DNA of 61,434 bases from a virus (lineage: Duplodnaviria; Caudoviricetes): positions 1-61,434 of IMG/VR virus record IMGVR_UViG_3300033076_000601, one strand, 5' to 3'. Shown one piece after another: positions 1 to 7,620 of the stretch. Made by a program: the position numbers and the translations under genes. Below the pieces are notes generated by a model. That model ran no database searches. It saw only the letters and a list, made by a program, of their open reading frames with translations, and was not told where the DNA came from. Within the stretch, counting starts at the first letter, position 1; every line of letters begins with the position of its first letter.

Positions 1-81
1 GGTCTTTTTTAATTGCGTTATGTATTTGATTCATCTCATGATGATATAAACCATAACCCCCGTCTGTTAAAAGTCTTACTC

Positions 82-867
82 TCATAAGTTCTTGGTTTTT
101 AATACTTTAATGTAGCTCTCAGCATAGTCATTAGCCACCTTCAACCAACGCTCAATCGTTGCGATGTCGTCATCAGTCAGGGTGACTTTCACAATCGTCG
201 CTCTCATGTTGTCATCCAAGTCATCCATGTAATGTAAGCTTGGCTCGTCCCATTCACCCAACAATTCCTCTGGTGTGTTGCACAGCATATACGCTACCTC
301 ACCATCACGCCAATCAAGCCCGGTCATCTGACGTAGCATCCACAAGTATGCCTTAACCTGCCAGTCATACCCTGACTCCTTGACCTTCTTAGCGGCCTTC
401 TCCTCAGTCTTTGGGAATGTCTTCTTGGTGTAGGATGACTTTATGTCAAGCACCTTAAGTCGCTCAGCGTCAACTACATCAGGATGTCCATGCATCATTG
501 GTGTGTCGAGATAAGCATACTTGTCACCGTCAACAGCCTTCTTGTAGTTAGTAAAGAAGATACGATTATACAACTCAATCGCCTCGTCCTCAACAGCATT
601 ACCCTTGTCGGTCTCTTTGCTCCAGAATTGATCTTTGTACTGGTATATCTTCTCATCAATGATCTCCTCGATCAACGTCTTAGCACCCTGACTCAGATCA
701 GGCTTGGTATCACGCTTGGCAACTAACTCATCGCGCTTCTTGGCCTGGGCCTCAGTCAATTGAATCTTAGCTAATAGACCATCAAGTGTTGCTTGCTGTA
801 ATGGTGTTAATCCTGGTGAGCCACTATTGAATAGTGGTGCACACTTACTTGCCCGTAACTTCAGCAT
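82..867 (-). CDS. YqaJ/lambda-exonuclease-like PD-(D/E)xK nuclease
   Basis: RASK N-terminus, KGNAVEDEAI, GHPD...LDIKSS and YDWQVKAYLW match the YqaJ pattern. Confidence 0.75.
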   Translation of the reverse strand: MLKLRASKCAPLFNSGSPGLTPLQQATLDGLLAKIQLTEAQAKKRDELVAKRDTKPDLSQGAKTLIEEIIDEKIYQYKDQFWSKETDKGNAVEDEAIELYNRIFFTNYKKAVDGDKYAYLDTPMMHGHPDVVDAERLKVLDIKSSYTKKTFPKTEEKAAKKVKESGYDWQVKAYLWMLRQMTGLDWRDGEVAYMLCNTPEELLGEWDEPSLHYMDDLDDNMRATIVKVTLTDDDIATIERWLKVANDYAESYIKVLKTKNL

Positions 868-1324
868 GTTGCTCTGGTGTTAAGCTGAAGTCAGCGATTA
901 ATTTCTCAGCCGTTGTCTTGCCGTCAGCGATAGCCTGCAATGCCTTAGCAAAGCGCTCCGGTGTAATGGTTGGCTTCTCTTTCTTTGGTAACGGACGTGT
1001 GCTGAAACGCAACGCATCAGTCATTCCTTGTGGACTCTTGACTTTCTCAACACCCAAGACAATCTGCTTACCAAGGTAGTCGTTGAAATCAAATGACCCA
1101 AAGAATGTCTCAAGCCTCTTGAAGTTAGTTCGGTTGGCTACCATGCTCTTCTGAAACTCAGCAAGCTTGACAAATACCTTGTCCTCCTTACCCATCTCAC
1201 CGACCATCACGTCCTGATAAATTCTCTCGATTGTTACTACCCTCGGCTCATACTTGCCGTTTACTTCTAAGTCCCAACTCCCTAGGTACTTATTGTCTTT
1301 CATTAAATTTCTCCAGTGCGACAT
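845..1324 (-). CDS. Conserved phage protein, putative ssDNA-binding/annealing partner of the exonuclease
   Basis: HW..YLGSWDL...VTI...ANRTN..L...FG...GKQIVL pattern; adjacent to the exonuclease; function inferred. Confidence 0.45.
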   Translation of the reverse strand: MSHWRNLMKDNKYLGSWDLEVNGKYEPRVVTIERIYQDVMVGEMGKEDKVFVKLAEFQKSMVANRTNFKRLETFFGSFDFNDYLGKQIVLGVEKVKSPQGMTDALRFSTRPLPKKEKPTITPERFAKALQAIADGKTTAEKLIADFSLTPEQHAEVTGK

Positions 1325-1332
1325 ATTGTTAA

Positions 1333-1668
1333 TTAAATTTGAACAAAACTAATATATTTCTTTTTGAATTGCAAGTAATTTGCAATAATTTTTTTCCGTT
1401 TGTCAAGATTATATCTTGACTTACGAACCTCATCAACTAGATGATCCATCATTACCCTATAAGCACCAGGCTTGAAGCCATGGCGCTCAAAGATATCGTA
1501 TTGGTCTTGGCTTACTTCTGTGAAGTTAGACAAGTTCGCATTATAGATACGAAAGGCTCCGTCATGGAGCCTCTCTATCTTTACACCCATGTCAATGAAG
1601 TACTCGCCTTCACTTGTTAACCATGGTGTGTGTTGCTCAGTTATATCACTCCACGCCTTCATATACAA
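1333..1668 (-). CDS. Hypothetical protein
   Basis: ORF in tightly packed minus-strand operon. Confidence 0.6.
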   Translation of the reverse strand: MYMKAWSDITEQHTPWLTSEGEYFIDMGVKIERLHDGAFRIYNANLSNFTEVSQDQYDIFERHGFKPGAYRVMMDHLVDEVRKSRYNLDKRKKIIANYLQFKKKYISFVQI

Positions 1669-2122
1669 TTATTGTGTATTCTTCCTCAAATTCTACTGGC
1701 TCGTCATTTAGATACTTAAACCAAATGACATAGCCTGTCTTTGTTCTTGCTACATACGCGATGTAGACGTGGTCAGCTTCGCTTGACCGGTGGAAGTGAT
1801 TGAAAAGTGGAGCGTCAATATCTTTTCGGTTGACGTTCAACGTGTGCATCTTTGCTCCGTTGTACTCAAGTGTATTGAGCGCAATGTTTAGAGCTGTGTT
1901 CATGTCAGATGCAGTGGTGTAAAAGTTACCATCACTCAACACCTCATAGTCAGACCGGTCTGGCTTCCACTGGGCACTAATAGCTGATGCAAAAGTCATC
2001 ATGCCTAACATAAACATTGCGACTACCATAGGGATTCCGATGGAAGCCCGAAGGATGTCATTTTTGATTCGTGTAACAAGGCCCATCCCGAGCATTGTTG
2101 CGATAAAAAGGATTGCATACAT
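1646..2122 (-). CDS. Hypothetical membrane protein (two N-terminal hydrophobic segments)
   Basis: Hydrophobic N-terminus; A-rich upstream sequence. Confidence 0.6.
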   Translation of the reverse strand: MYAILFIATMLGMGLVTRIKNDILRASIGIPMVVAMFMLGMMTFASAISAQWKPDRSDYEVLSDGNFYTTASDMNTALNIALNTLEYNGAKMHTLNVNRKDIDAPLFNHFHRSSEADHVYIAYVARTKTGYVIWFKYLNDEPVEFEEEYTIIVYEGVE

Positions 2123-2123
2123 A

Positions 2124-2312
2124 TTAATTTGGATTTATTTTGTTAATATTCATTTGAACTACAGCTTGCTTTATGTCTATTATATTTTGATCACTGACAA
2201 TAGACCCAAGCGTTAGTGCAGTCATTGGATTGGTTGCGAATAACTTTAGTGACTTGCCGTTGTCATAGGTCACGATGTACCGCTTTAAGGTTGGCGACAT
2301 AGATGATTTCAT
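2124..2312 (-). CDS. Hypothetical protein
   Basis: ORF in operon. Confidence 0.5.
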   Translation of the reverse strand: MKSSMSPTLKRYIVTYDNGKSLKLFATNPMTALTLGSIVSDQNIIDIKQAVVQMNINKINPN

Positions 2313-2421
2313 GTTCAGGTATTTTAGATTTTTTAACTGCCTCTTGAACGCTGTCTGCCTCTATCGTTACACCTGAGCAGAGGATTGAACTCAGGCGATA
2401 GCAGATATGGAATTTACTCAT
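2263..2421 (-). CDS. Small hypothetical protein (52 aa, MSKFHICYRL...), below ORF-track cutoff
   Basis: Translated by hand; ATGA overlap with upstream ORF. Confidence 0.5.
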   Translation of the reverse strand: MSKFHICYRLSSILCSGVTIEADSVQEAVKKSKIPEHEIIYVANLKAVHRDL

Positions 2422-2543
2422 AGCTTTATACTTATACCGTGTAACAAAAAATGGATGAGCAACTCCCTATCATCCAAACTTAGGGATACTGACAGACCGA
2501 TAGTCCTACCGGCCGGCCAACTTTCAGTGAATCTGATTGTCAT
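2418..2543 (-). CDS. Small hypothetical protein (41 aa, MTIRFTESW...ELLIHFLLHGISIKL)
   Basis: Translated by hand; fills the gap; resembles 7633..7761. Confidence 0.5.
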   Translation of the reverse strand: MTIRFTESWPAGRTIGLSVSLSLDDRELLIHFLLHGISIKL

Positions 2544-2727
2544 AGCTTTCATAGTAATATGCCTCACTGATGAAATCCTCGAAGTCCCGGAGCTGTCCTT
2601 TGCTCAGCCTAGACTTCATCTCCTCAGCGGTTGATAAATTGTTCTGCTCAATCTGTTGAGCGATTGCTTCATAGTAGTCAGCCATGGACTCATAGCCGAC
2701 GTACTCTAAGTCATGTTTAGTTATCAT
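2524..2727 (-). CDS. Hypothetical protein, similar to 2717..2944
   Basis: Shares DL.....E..YE.I.......Q pattern with neighbour. Confidence 0.6.
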   Translation of the reverse strand: MITKHDLEYVGYESMADYYEAIAQQIEQNNLSTAEEMKSRLSKGQLRDFEDFISEAYYYESYDNQIH

Positions 2728-2944
2728 AGTAATTGATTATTTGTTGGAACTCTTTTAATTTACTGTCAGGCATGTCGTCGTAGAATAACGTCTCGCGTAG
2801 CCAATCAATGTACTCGACCTGACGTCTCTCAGATAGGCCTTTGTATAGCTCTTTGCTTTGTTTGTGTTGGCCGTTTAGCTTGGACTCTAAGATGTATTCA
2901 TACAACTCCTCCCATGTTAAAAAGTCTAAGTCTTGTGGTCTCAT
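2717..2944 (-). CDS. Hypothetical protein
   Basis: ORF in operon. Confidence 0.6.
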   Translation of the reverse strand: MRPQDLDFLTWEELYEYILESKLNGQHKQSKELYKGLSERRQVEYIDWLRETLFYDDMPDSKLKEFQQIINYYDN

Positions 2945-3186
2945 AATGTATAATAAATTTGTTCAATTGCCTCTATTTGTTCTTTGGTTAACCTTACATA
3001 AGACTGAATAATCTTATCAATCTTTTCAATAAGCTCATCCTCATGTATTGTTGTTTTGTATTTTTCTTTATTTGGATTTGTAGCAACTATGCCATCGTTG
3101 TATAACCACTCTGCAACCTGTTTCTTGTCGTATGTAGAGAGATTATCATAAACTTCTTCTACATCTACATATACACTTACTGTCAT
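2941..3186 (-). CDS. Hypothetical protein
   Basis: ORF preceded by the AAATCAGAATAA junction motif. Confidence 0.6.
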   Translation of the reverse strand: MTVSVYVDVEEVYDNLSTYDKKQVAEWLYNDGIVATNPNKEKYKTTIHEDELIEKIDKIIQSYVRLTKEQIEAIEQIYYTL

Positions 3187-3197
3187 ATTATTCTGAT

Positions 3198-3380
3198 TTA
3201 AAGGTTATTAATTACGTTTAACCAATACTCGTCACGAACAGCCTTGGGCCTTTTGTCTTTTACCTGCTCATCAATAAAGATGATTGTGAACTCAAGACCC
3301 AGGTTGCCGTAACGACTAGCTCTATCTTTACTCGCAAACTTTTTGCGAATCTTAAATGCCATTGCTTCAGGGCTTATCAT
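3198..3380 (-). CDS. Small protein, divergent member of the TPKEKA...YW..VKQE family
   Basis: SPEAMA...IIFIDE...YWLNV pattern. Confidence 0.5.
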   Translation of the reverse strand: MISPEAMAFKIRKKFASKDRASRYGNLGLEFTIIFIDEQVKDKRPKAVRDEYWLNVINNL

Positions 3381-3564
3381 GAGAGATATTTATTGAGTAA
3401 TGTTCATCAAATTCAAATTGGTCTGCATTGTTTGACCACCAACCACGTTGAAATGTCCTAAAATGTTGTTGTTTCTCAACATCTCTCATCTCGTTGTAAA
3501 GCTCAGAAGGAATATCAATCCCTTGTTGCTTTAACTTTCTTACAAATAAATCTAGTGCTGTCAT
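3367..3564 (-). CDS. Small protein, divergent member of the TAVEW...AKEME family
   Basis: MTALD...EMRDVEKQQ pattern. Confidence 0.5.
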   Translation of the reverse strand: MTALDLFVRKLKQQGIDIPSELYNEMRDVEKQQHFRTFQRGWWSNNADQFEFDEHYSINISHDKP

Positions 3565-3575
3565 AGCGTCATGTT

Positions 3576-3839
3576 TTAAAGGTTCTCAATTGCTTCTTGA
3601 TAGTCGTCGAAGAATGTCTCCTCGCCGTCCTCAAAGTCTGTTACTAAATACTCTACGTCATGCCCAAAGCATGAACAGATTGATATGCCGTTCTCTAAAT
3701 AGATGTACACATAGCCGCTATTCTCATTGAAGCCGATGTCCTCAATCTCTTCGCGGTGTGCGTTCTCTCTATAAGCCTTTAATACTAACTCGAGGCTTCT
3801 GATGTCTGATGTTCCTAGTTTATTGATTAGTTCTTTCAT
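3576..3839 (-). CDS. Hypothetical acidic protein
   Basis: ORF in operon (GFNENSGYVYI). Confidence 0.6.
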   Translation of the reverse strand: MKELINKLGTSDIRSLELVLKAYRENAHREEIEDIGFNENSGYVYIYLENGISICSCFGHDVEYLVTDFEDGEETFFDDYQEAIENL

Positions 3840-4101
3840 GTGGATAGATATTTAAAAAGTGAAACAATTGCACTAGCTCAGACTCGCTTTTGGCTTCCTT
3901 GAGCGGAGTGCGGAATTTAAGATACCAATAGGTACCAAAGTTGCCCCATGTCATTTTATCGGTGAACTGGGACTCTAAATACATGCGGAATTTCTCGCGA
4001 GGCAGACCGACTAATTGTCGGACAGTTGAGTTTGAATTCCATCTGCTTGAATGAATTGCGTCATTTAATAGCTGACGATAACGTGTTTTGATTTTTTGCA
4101 T
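3820..4101 (-). CDS. Degenerate, probably inactive HNH-like protein, paralog of 55720..56349
   Basis: YLESQF..KMTWGNFG.YWYLKFRTPL...FHFLNIYP aligns with YISSKF..GMSFENYG.WHLDHIIPL...NHYTNIQP; DH replaced and C-terminal N..K.N missing. Confidence 0.6.
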   Translation of the reverse strand: MQKIKTRYRQLLNDAIHSSRWNSNSTVRQLVGLPREKFRMYLESQFTDKMTWGNFGTYWYLKFRTPLKEAKSESELVQLFHFLNIYPHERTNQ

Positions 4102-4169
4102 AGTGTAACTTTTAATGCGATAAAAGTACTACTATTTTTTTTGATTAATTGGTTTTTTGGCAGAAAAGC

Positions 4170-4495
4170 ATGACGAAACCTGTTAATATATGACGAAATT
4201 ATTAACAATATGACGGAAATATGACGAAATTATTTTCTGTATCCCTTACTGCTATTGACTTTATGACGAAATGACGACTTTTAGTCTTATTTATTAGAAA
4301 TAAAAAAAAGAGTATAACTTATAAGTTATACTATTTATATATATAATATATTTCTCTAGTATAGGGTTGAATTTTCGTCATATTGTCATAAACATATATA
4401 GAATAAGGGTTGTAGCGTTTTTCGGTCATTTTATTTTGTCATAAATCATTAGATTTCGTCATAAACGTAGTATTTACAATGGTTGTAGCGTCATA
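4170..4495. repeat. Putative replication origin: ATGACGAAA iterons, central palindrome, AT-rich core, inverted iterons
   Basis: Direct copies at 4170, 4190, 4210, 4221, 4263, 4271; perfect 22-bp palindrome 4311-4332; inverted or degenerate copies at 4373, 4383, 4421, 4434, 4454, 4488. Confidence 0.65.
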
Positions 4496-4618
4496 TGCCG
4501 TATTCTTTGATAAAATATGCTACTAGTTGGCGTAAGGTCAATCGGTTGGTATATTGACTGCATTGAGTGGCGTAGAAGCCATCGATGATTGTGACATTGC
4601 CATCAGCAAGCCATTCTT

Positions 4619-4882
4619 TCATTCTGCACAAAGTTCCCATGTCTGTAAATTTTTAAAGTCGTATTGAGATTTTAAAGTCTGAACAATAAACCGAGCGAGC
4701 TTCTTATTGGTCTTCTCGTTTGATAGGTCGTTGTCTCCAATTGACCGTACGACGTCTCTTGGGTGCATCTGGAGAACGCGGTTGCAAAACTTTACGTCCT
4801 GGCCTAAGTGATAACGTTTGTTGCGGTAGATTAATGTCCAATAGTGGGCAAACCCGTAGTGTTGTGTGATTACGATTTTCAT
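4619..4882 (-). CDS. Hypothetical protein
   Basis: ORF in early cluster. Confidence 0.6.
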   Translation of the reverse strand: MKIVITQHYGFAHYWTLIYRNKRYHLGQDVKFCNRVLQMHPRDVVRSIGDNDLSNEKTNKKLARFIVQTLKSQYDFKNLQTWELCAE

Positions 4883-5052
4883 ATTATATCAATTAAATTA
4901 AGTTCAACAATGTGTAGTGCATCGGTATCAGGACATCGCACAATGTACTTGTTTGATGTCCTGGCTACCTGACCAACCAATTTGTAATTCCCGGTAAGTA
5001 CTGACTGCATTCCGTCAATCAGTATTGTTGGTTTGTTATCTAATTTCATGAT

Positions 5053-5253
5053 TTATAGATTTATTTCAGGTATTTCTTGGTACATATTAATTTTAGAAGA
5101 TGGGAATTCCCATGTTAATGCTCTGAATAAAGTAAGGTTGTCGTAATCATCTAGACCATCTTTAACACTCATTATATCTTCTTTATTTAATGTTGTTACA
5201 ATGTAGCAGTGTTTTTCTTTACCTGATACTGTGTTTATTTTAAATACATTCAT
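5053..5253 (-). CDS. Hypothetical protein
   Basis: ORF in early cluster. Confidence 0.55.
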   Translation of the reverse strand: MNVFKINTVSGKEKHCYIVTTLNKEDIMSVKDGLDDYDNLTLFRALTWEFPSSKINMYQEIPEINL

Positions 5254-5259
5254 GATTTC

Positions 5260-5541
5260 TTAGTTTTCGTATTCGTTACCTTCGGCGTCGTAGTATACGT
5301 CGTCGTCTAATTCTTCCCATTCGGTGTAGTAGTATTGTTCGTCGTTGTAAAAGAACTCAAGTAAGTCCTCGTCGTTTGTTATGTCTTTAGAGTAATTGCC
5401 ATTGCAATCTTCCCAATCAAGTGTCCTGAGGTGCTTAATTAAGTCTTCTCGTTCAGCGAAGTAAAGCTCGCCATCACCAAATACATACCCTTCGTTGATG
5501 CCTTTACCGGTAGCATCACACCTTCTTGCAAATTTTTTCAT
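5260..5541 (-). CDS. Hypothetical acidic protein (RRCD.TG.G.NEGY...YYTEW)
   Basis: ORF with ATGA overlap. Confidence 0.6.
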   Translation of the reverse strand: MKKFARRCDATGKGINEGYVFGDGELYFAEREDLIKHLRTLDWEDCNGNYSKDITNDEDLLEFFYNDEQYYYTEWEELDDDVYYDAEGNEYEN

Positions 5542-5750
5542 AGCTTTTGAATTAGTTTGTTTAAGTCATTGGTTTCAAGTGCAAAGAATTTAAAGCCATC
5601 AACATGCTCGCTGTAGCCAAGCTCTAGTAACTTGTCGTGTTCTTTAGTTTGTTTAAATGCCTCCCATATATTGATTGGCATTTGGTAGAACGTTTCGAAC
5701 GCATCTACAAAGATTAGTATAGGTTCCATGATTTCTAAGTTTAATACCAT
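5538..5750 (-). CDS. Hypothetical protein
   Basis: ORF in early cluster. Confidence 0.5.
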   Translation of the reverse strand: MVLNLEIMEPILIFVDAFETFYQMPINIWEAFKQTKEHDKLLELGYSEHVDGFKFFALETNDLNKLIQKL

Positions 5751-5884
5751 ACCTCATCGAGCGAATACCCGAAGCGACGTATGGCGAAGTTGATATAATT
5801 GTCTAGATGTTTCTTGTCGCTGAACTCGCGTCTAATCACAACGACCTTGCCGGCGCGATTAAAGAATTGAAGTGTTGCATTCAT
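5741..5884 (-). CDS. Small hypothetical protein (likely start MNATLQ at 5884)
   Basis: TAATG coupling to upstream ORF; track start 5968 is probably too long. Confidence 0.5.
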   Translation of the reverse strand: MNATLQFFNRAGKVVVIRREFSDKKHLDNYINFAIRRFGYSLDEVWY

Positions 5885-6006
5885 TAGATTGACATTCCTG
5901 ATGTTTGACCTACTACTACTTTGTATAAGGCGAATGCGATTGCAATGCCTACTGAACTTGCCATGCATATTTGGATGGCCTTTGCTAAAATGATTAGTGC
6001 TTTCAT
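5884..6006 (-). CDS. Small single-TM membrane protein (40 aa) directly downstream of the hammerhead
   Basis: Translated by hand: MKALIILAKAIQICMASSVGIAIAFALYKVVVGQTSGMSI; A-rich leader. Confidence 0.55.
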   Translation of the reverse strand: MKALIILAKAIQICMASSVGIAIAFALYKVVVGQTSGMSI

Positions 6007-6023
6007 GATTGTTTGTGTTAATT

Positions 6024-6090
6024 GGTTAAGACATGAGTGAGCTCGTGAACTCGCTCATGTTTCGACTATTGAAGTGCTCATCAGTTAACC
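6024..6090 (-). ncRNA. Type I hammerhead ribozyme
   Basis: Minus strand GGUUAA-CUGAUGA-G(C)ACU-UCAAU-AGUC-GAAAC-AUGAG...CUCAU-GUC-UUAACC: complete core, stems I-III; predicted cut between 6030 and 6029. Confidence 0.85.
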
Positions 6091-6284
6091 TTCTGTGGGT
6101 GCAATCTCCAAAAGTCGTTTGCACTTACAATGGTCTCATTGTAAGTAACCACCCAACCATTGTTGGTGTACTCGGTGCGATGCAATTTGTAGCGGATGTC
6201 CTGACGTCCGTTGTTGCCTTTCAATTGGTCAACTACCACCAACGTCCCGTTGATGATAGCTTTGAATGTTTGTAGTGTTGTCAT
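6081..6284 (-). CDS. Hypothetical early protein
   Basis: ORF whose UGA stop lies inside the hammerhead core. Confidence 0.6.
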   Translation of the reverse strand: MTTLQTFKAIINGTLVVVDQLKGNNGRQDIRYKLHRTEYTNNGWVVTYNETIVSANDFWRLHPQKVN

Positions 6285-6424
6285 TGTTTTGGGTGTGTTA
6301 ATTGGTTAGCGAATAAGCCAAAGTTGGCTATTGTTTGTTTTGAAATGTTGGTTCTACCTTTCATGATTTCGTAAGCAACCATTGCATCTATCAATGATTG
6401 CTTCATGTTGATTCTTTCGTGCAT
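6281..6424 (-). CDS. Small early protein (47 aa, MHERINMKQ...)
   Basis: Translated by hand; TAATG and ATGA coupling on both sides. Confidence 0.5.
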   Translation of the reverse strand: MHERINMKQSLIDAMVAYEIMKGRTNISKQTIANFGLFANQLTHPKQ

Positions 6425-6534
6425 TATCTGTATCTAAAAGGGATTAATAATTTGCGTGTCTTGATTAGTACACCTTCTTGAAAGAAGCCGATGATTTCAT
6501 AACGGCCTTCGATTCTAATTACTCTAGTTTCCAT
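6424..6534 (-). CDS. Small early protein (36 aa, METRVIRIEG...), first ORF after the long leader
   Basis: Translated by hand; A-rich upstream sequence. Confidence 0.5.
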   Translation of the reverse strand: METRVIRIEGRYEIIGFFQEGVLIKTRKLLIPFRYR

Positions 6535-6551
6535 AATTGTTTGTTTTTGGT

Positions 6552-6601
6552 TAGTGGTGCAGTGAGTATCGCTCTCATTAATTAGTCATTCTAACTGCAC
6601 C
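6552..6601 (-). ncRNA. Mini tRNA-like element lacking an anticodon arm
   Basis: GGUGCAG/CUGCACC 7-bp acceptor-like stem, UUAG/CUAA hairpin, UGAG-AGCGAUA-CUCA T-arm-like hairpin, 3' ACUA. Confidence 0.45.
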
Positions 6602-6784
6602 TAATGTTTTCTAGCCACGTTAAACTGCTAGACCTCTTTTATTCCCTACACACATGCCATTTAGCGTGTGGTTTTGACGTTGACCACCTGAGTAGTGTAT
6701 CAATCGCCCCGACTTCGCGGAGTCTTTATACTTACCGCATCGGACTCGTGTGACCTACCGAGTTAGTTTATTGTCTTACATGAT

Positions 6785-6795
6785 GTCAAAGAACG
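6785..6795 (-). promoter_or_regulatory. boxA-like antitermination signal
   Basis: CGTTCTTTGAC on the minus strand inside the untranslated leader; resembles rrn/lambda boxA. Confidence 0.5.
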
Positions 6796-7082
6796 TTAGC
6801 TTAGAGCTTGTTAGCAGACCTACCTTTGAACCACTTAGCCCCGGTGAACTCCCCGAAGGGCACTTAGCTAAGCTTTATCGTTTCGGTCACCTTTAGCAAC
6901 ATGGCTCGTCGCTTGTACGTCTAAAGGCTTGCTGTTTATTCGACACTAGCTTGGAATTTATTACCACCGCCTTACCCTACTTATTACTTTCACCTTGTCA
7001 CATTGCAGAGGACTAAGCATTGGTCAGTGGTCACCGATATATAGTGCCTTATTTCAATTGTTATTAGCTCGTTTGCTTGATA

Positions 7083-7114
7083 CAAATATATGGCAACAAT
7101 TCGGATTGTGCAAA
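7083..7114 (-). promoter_or_regulatory. Bacteroidota sigma-A type early promoter
   Basis: TTTG (7114-7111), 20-nt spacer, TATATTTG (7090-7083). Confidence 0.75.
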
Positions 7115-7379
7115 CTTTTTAAACATTATTTTCACTTTTTATGCTAATTTATATTCATTCTAAATAAGGACATGTTTGATTTGCTTTGTAAGTTGTTGAA
7201 AAACAAGTAGTTACAAAACATGCGTTTCCAGGAACACGATAAATTATTTGGTATTTATTTTTGTAGGTAGGTGCAACCTCCTCCTTTCAGGCGCGCAACC
7301 AACACGCGCAAACGTAACGGCAGGCCGGCCGATTGATTGGTTAAATGGACGGCGCGCCGGTCGGTCTGAATGTCGTTCT

Positions 7380-7407
7380 ATTTAACATAATGCTAATTAT
7401 ATGACAT
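7380..7407 (-). other. dif-like XerC/XerD recombination site
   Basis: Minus strand ATGTCATATAA-TTAGCA-TTATGTTAAAT; XerD arm identical to canonical dif; 11-6-11 architecture. Confidence 0.7.
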
Positions 7408-7620
7408 GCCTAGCGCGCGACATGACAAACGGCAGCGCGCTCTGTAGCCCGTCTGTATTGGTATTGACGACAAACGGACATGCCTACCAAAAAGCCAAAA
7501 AATCCGGCCGAAAAGTTCGAAAAGTAGACCCCCCGGGGTAAAATCAGATCGGTTTTCCTTTCGGCCCGGCTCGCGTCAGATGGGGGTATTACCCAATACT
7601 TCTATACATCTAAAAATTAG

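Noticed and set aside
4170-4495. CRISPR array
   Set aside because: Repeats are only about 9 bp, irregularly spaced and in both orientations; no cas genes
6878-6915. Second hammerhead (minus strand GCGACGAG...CGAAAC)
   Set aside because: Lacks the CUGA core and has no matching stems I/III or NUH site
7004-7050. Group I intron R/S-like words (GCAGAGGACTAAG...ATATAGTGCC)
   Set aside because: P7 pairing is imperfect, there are no P/Q elements or host exon, and it is on the strand opposite the promoter
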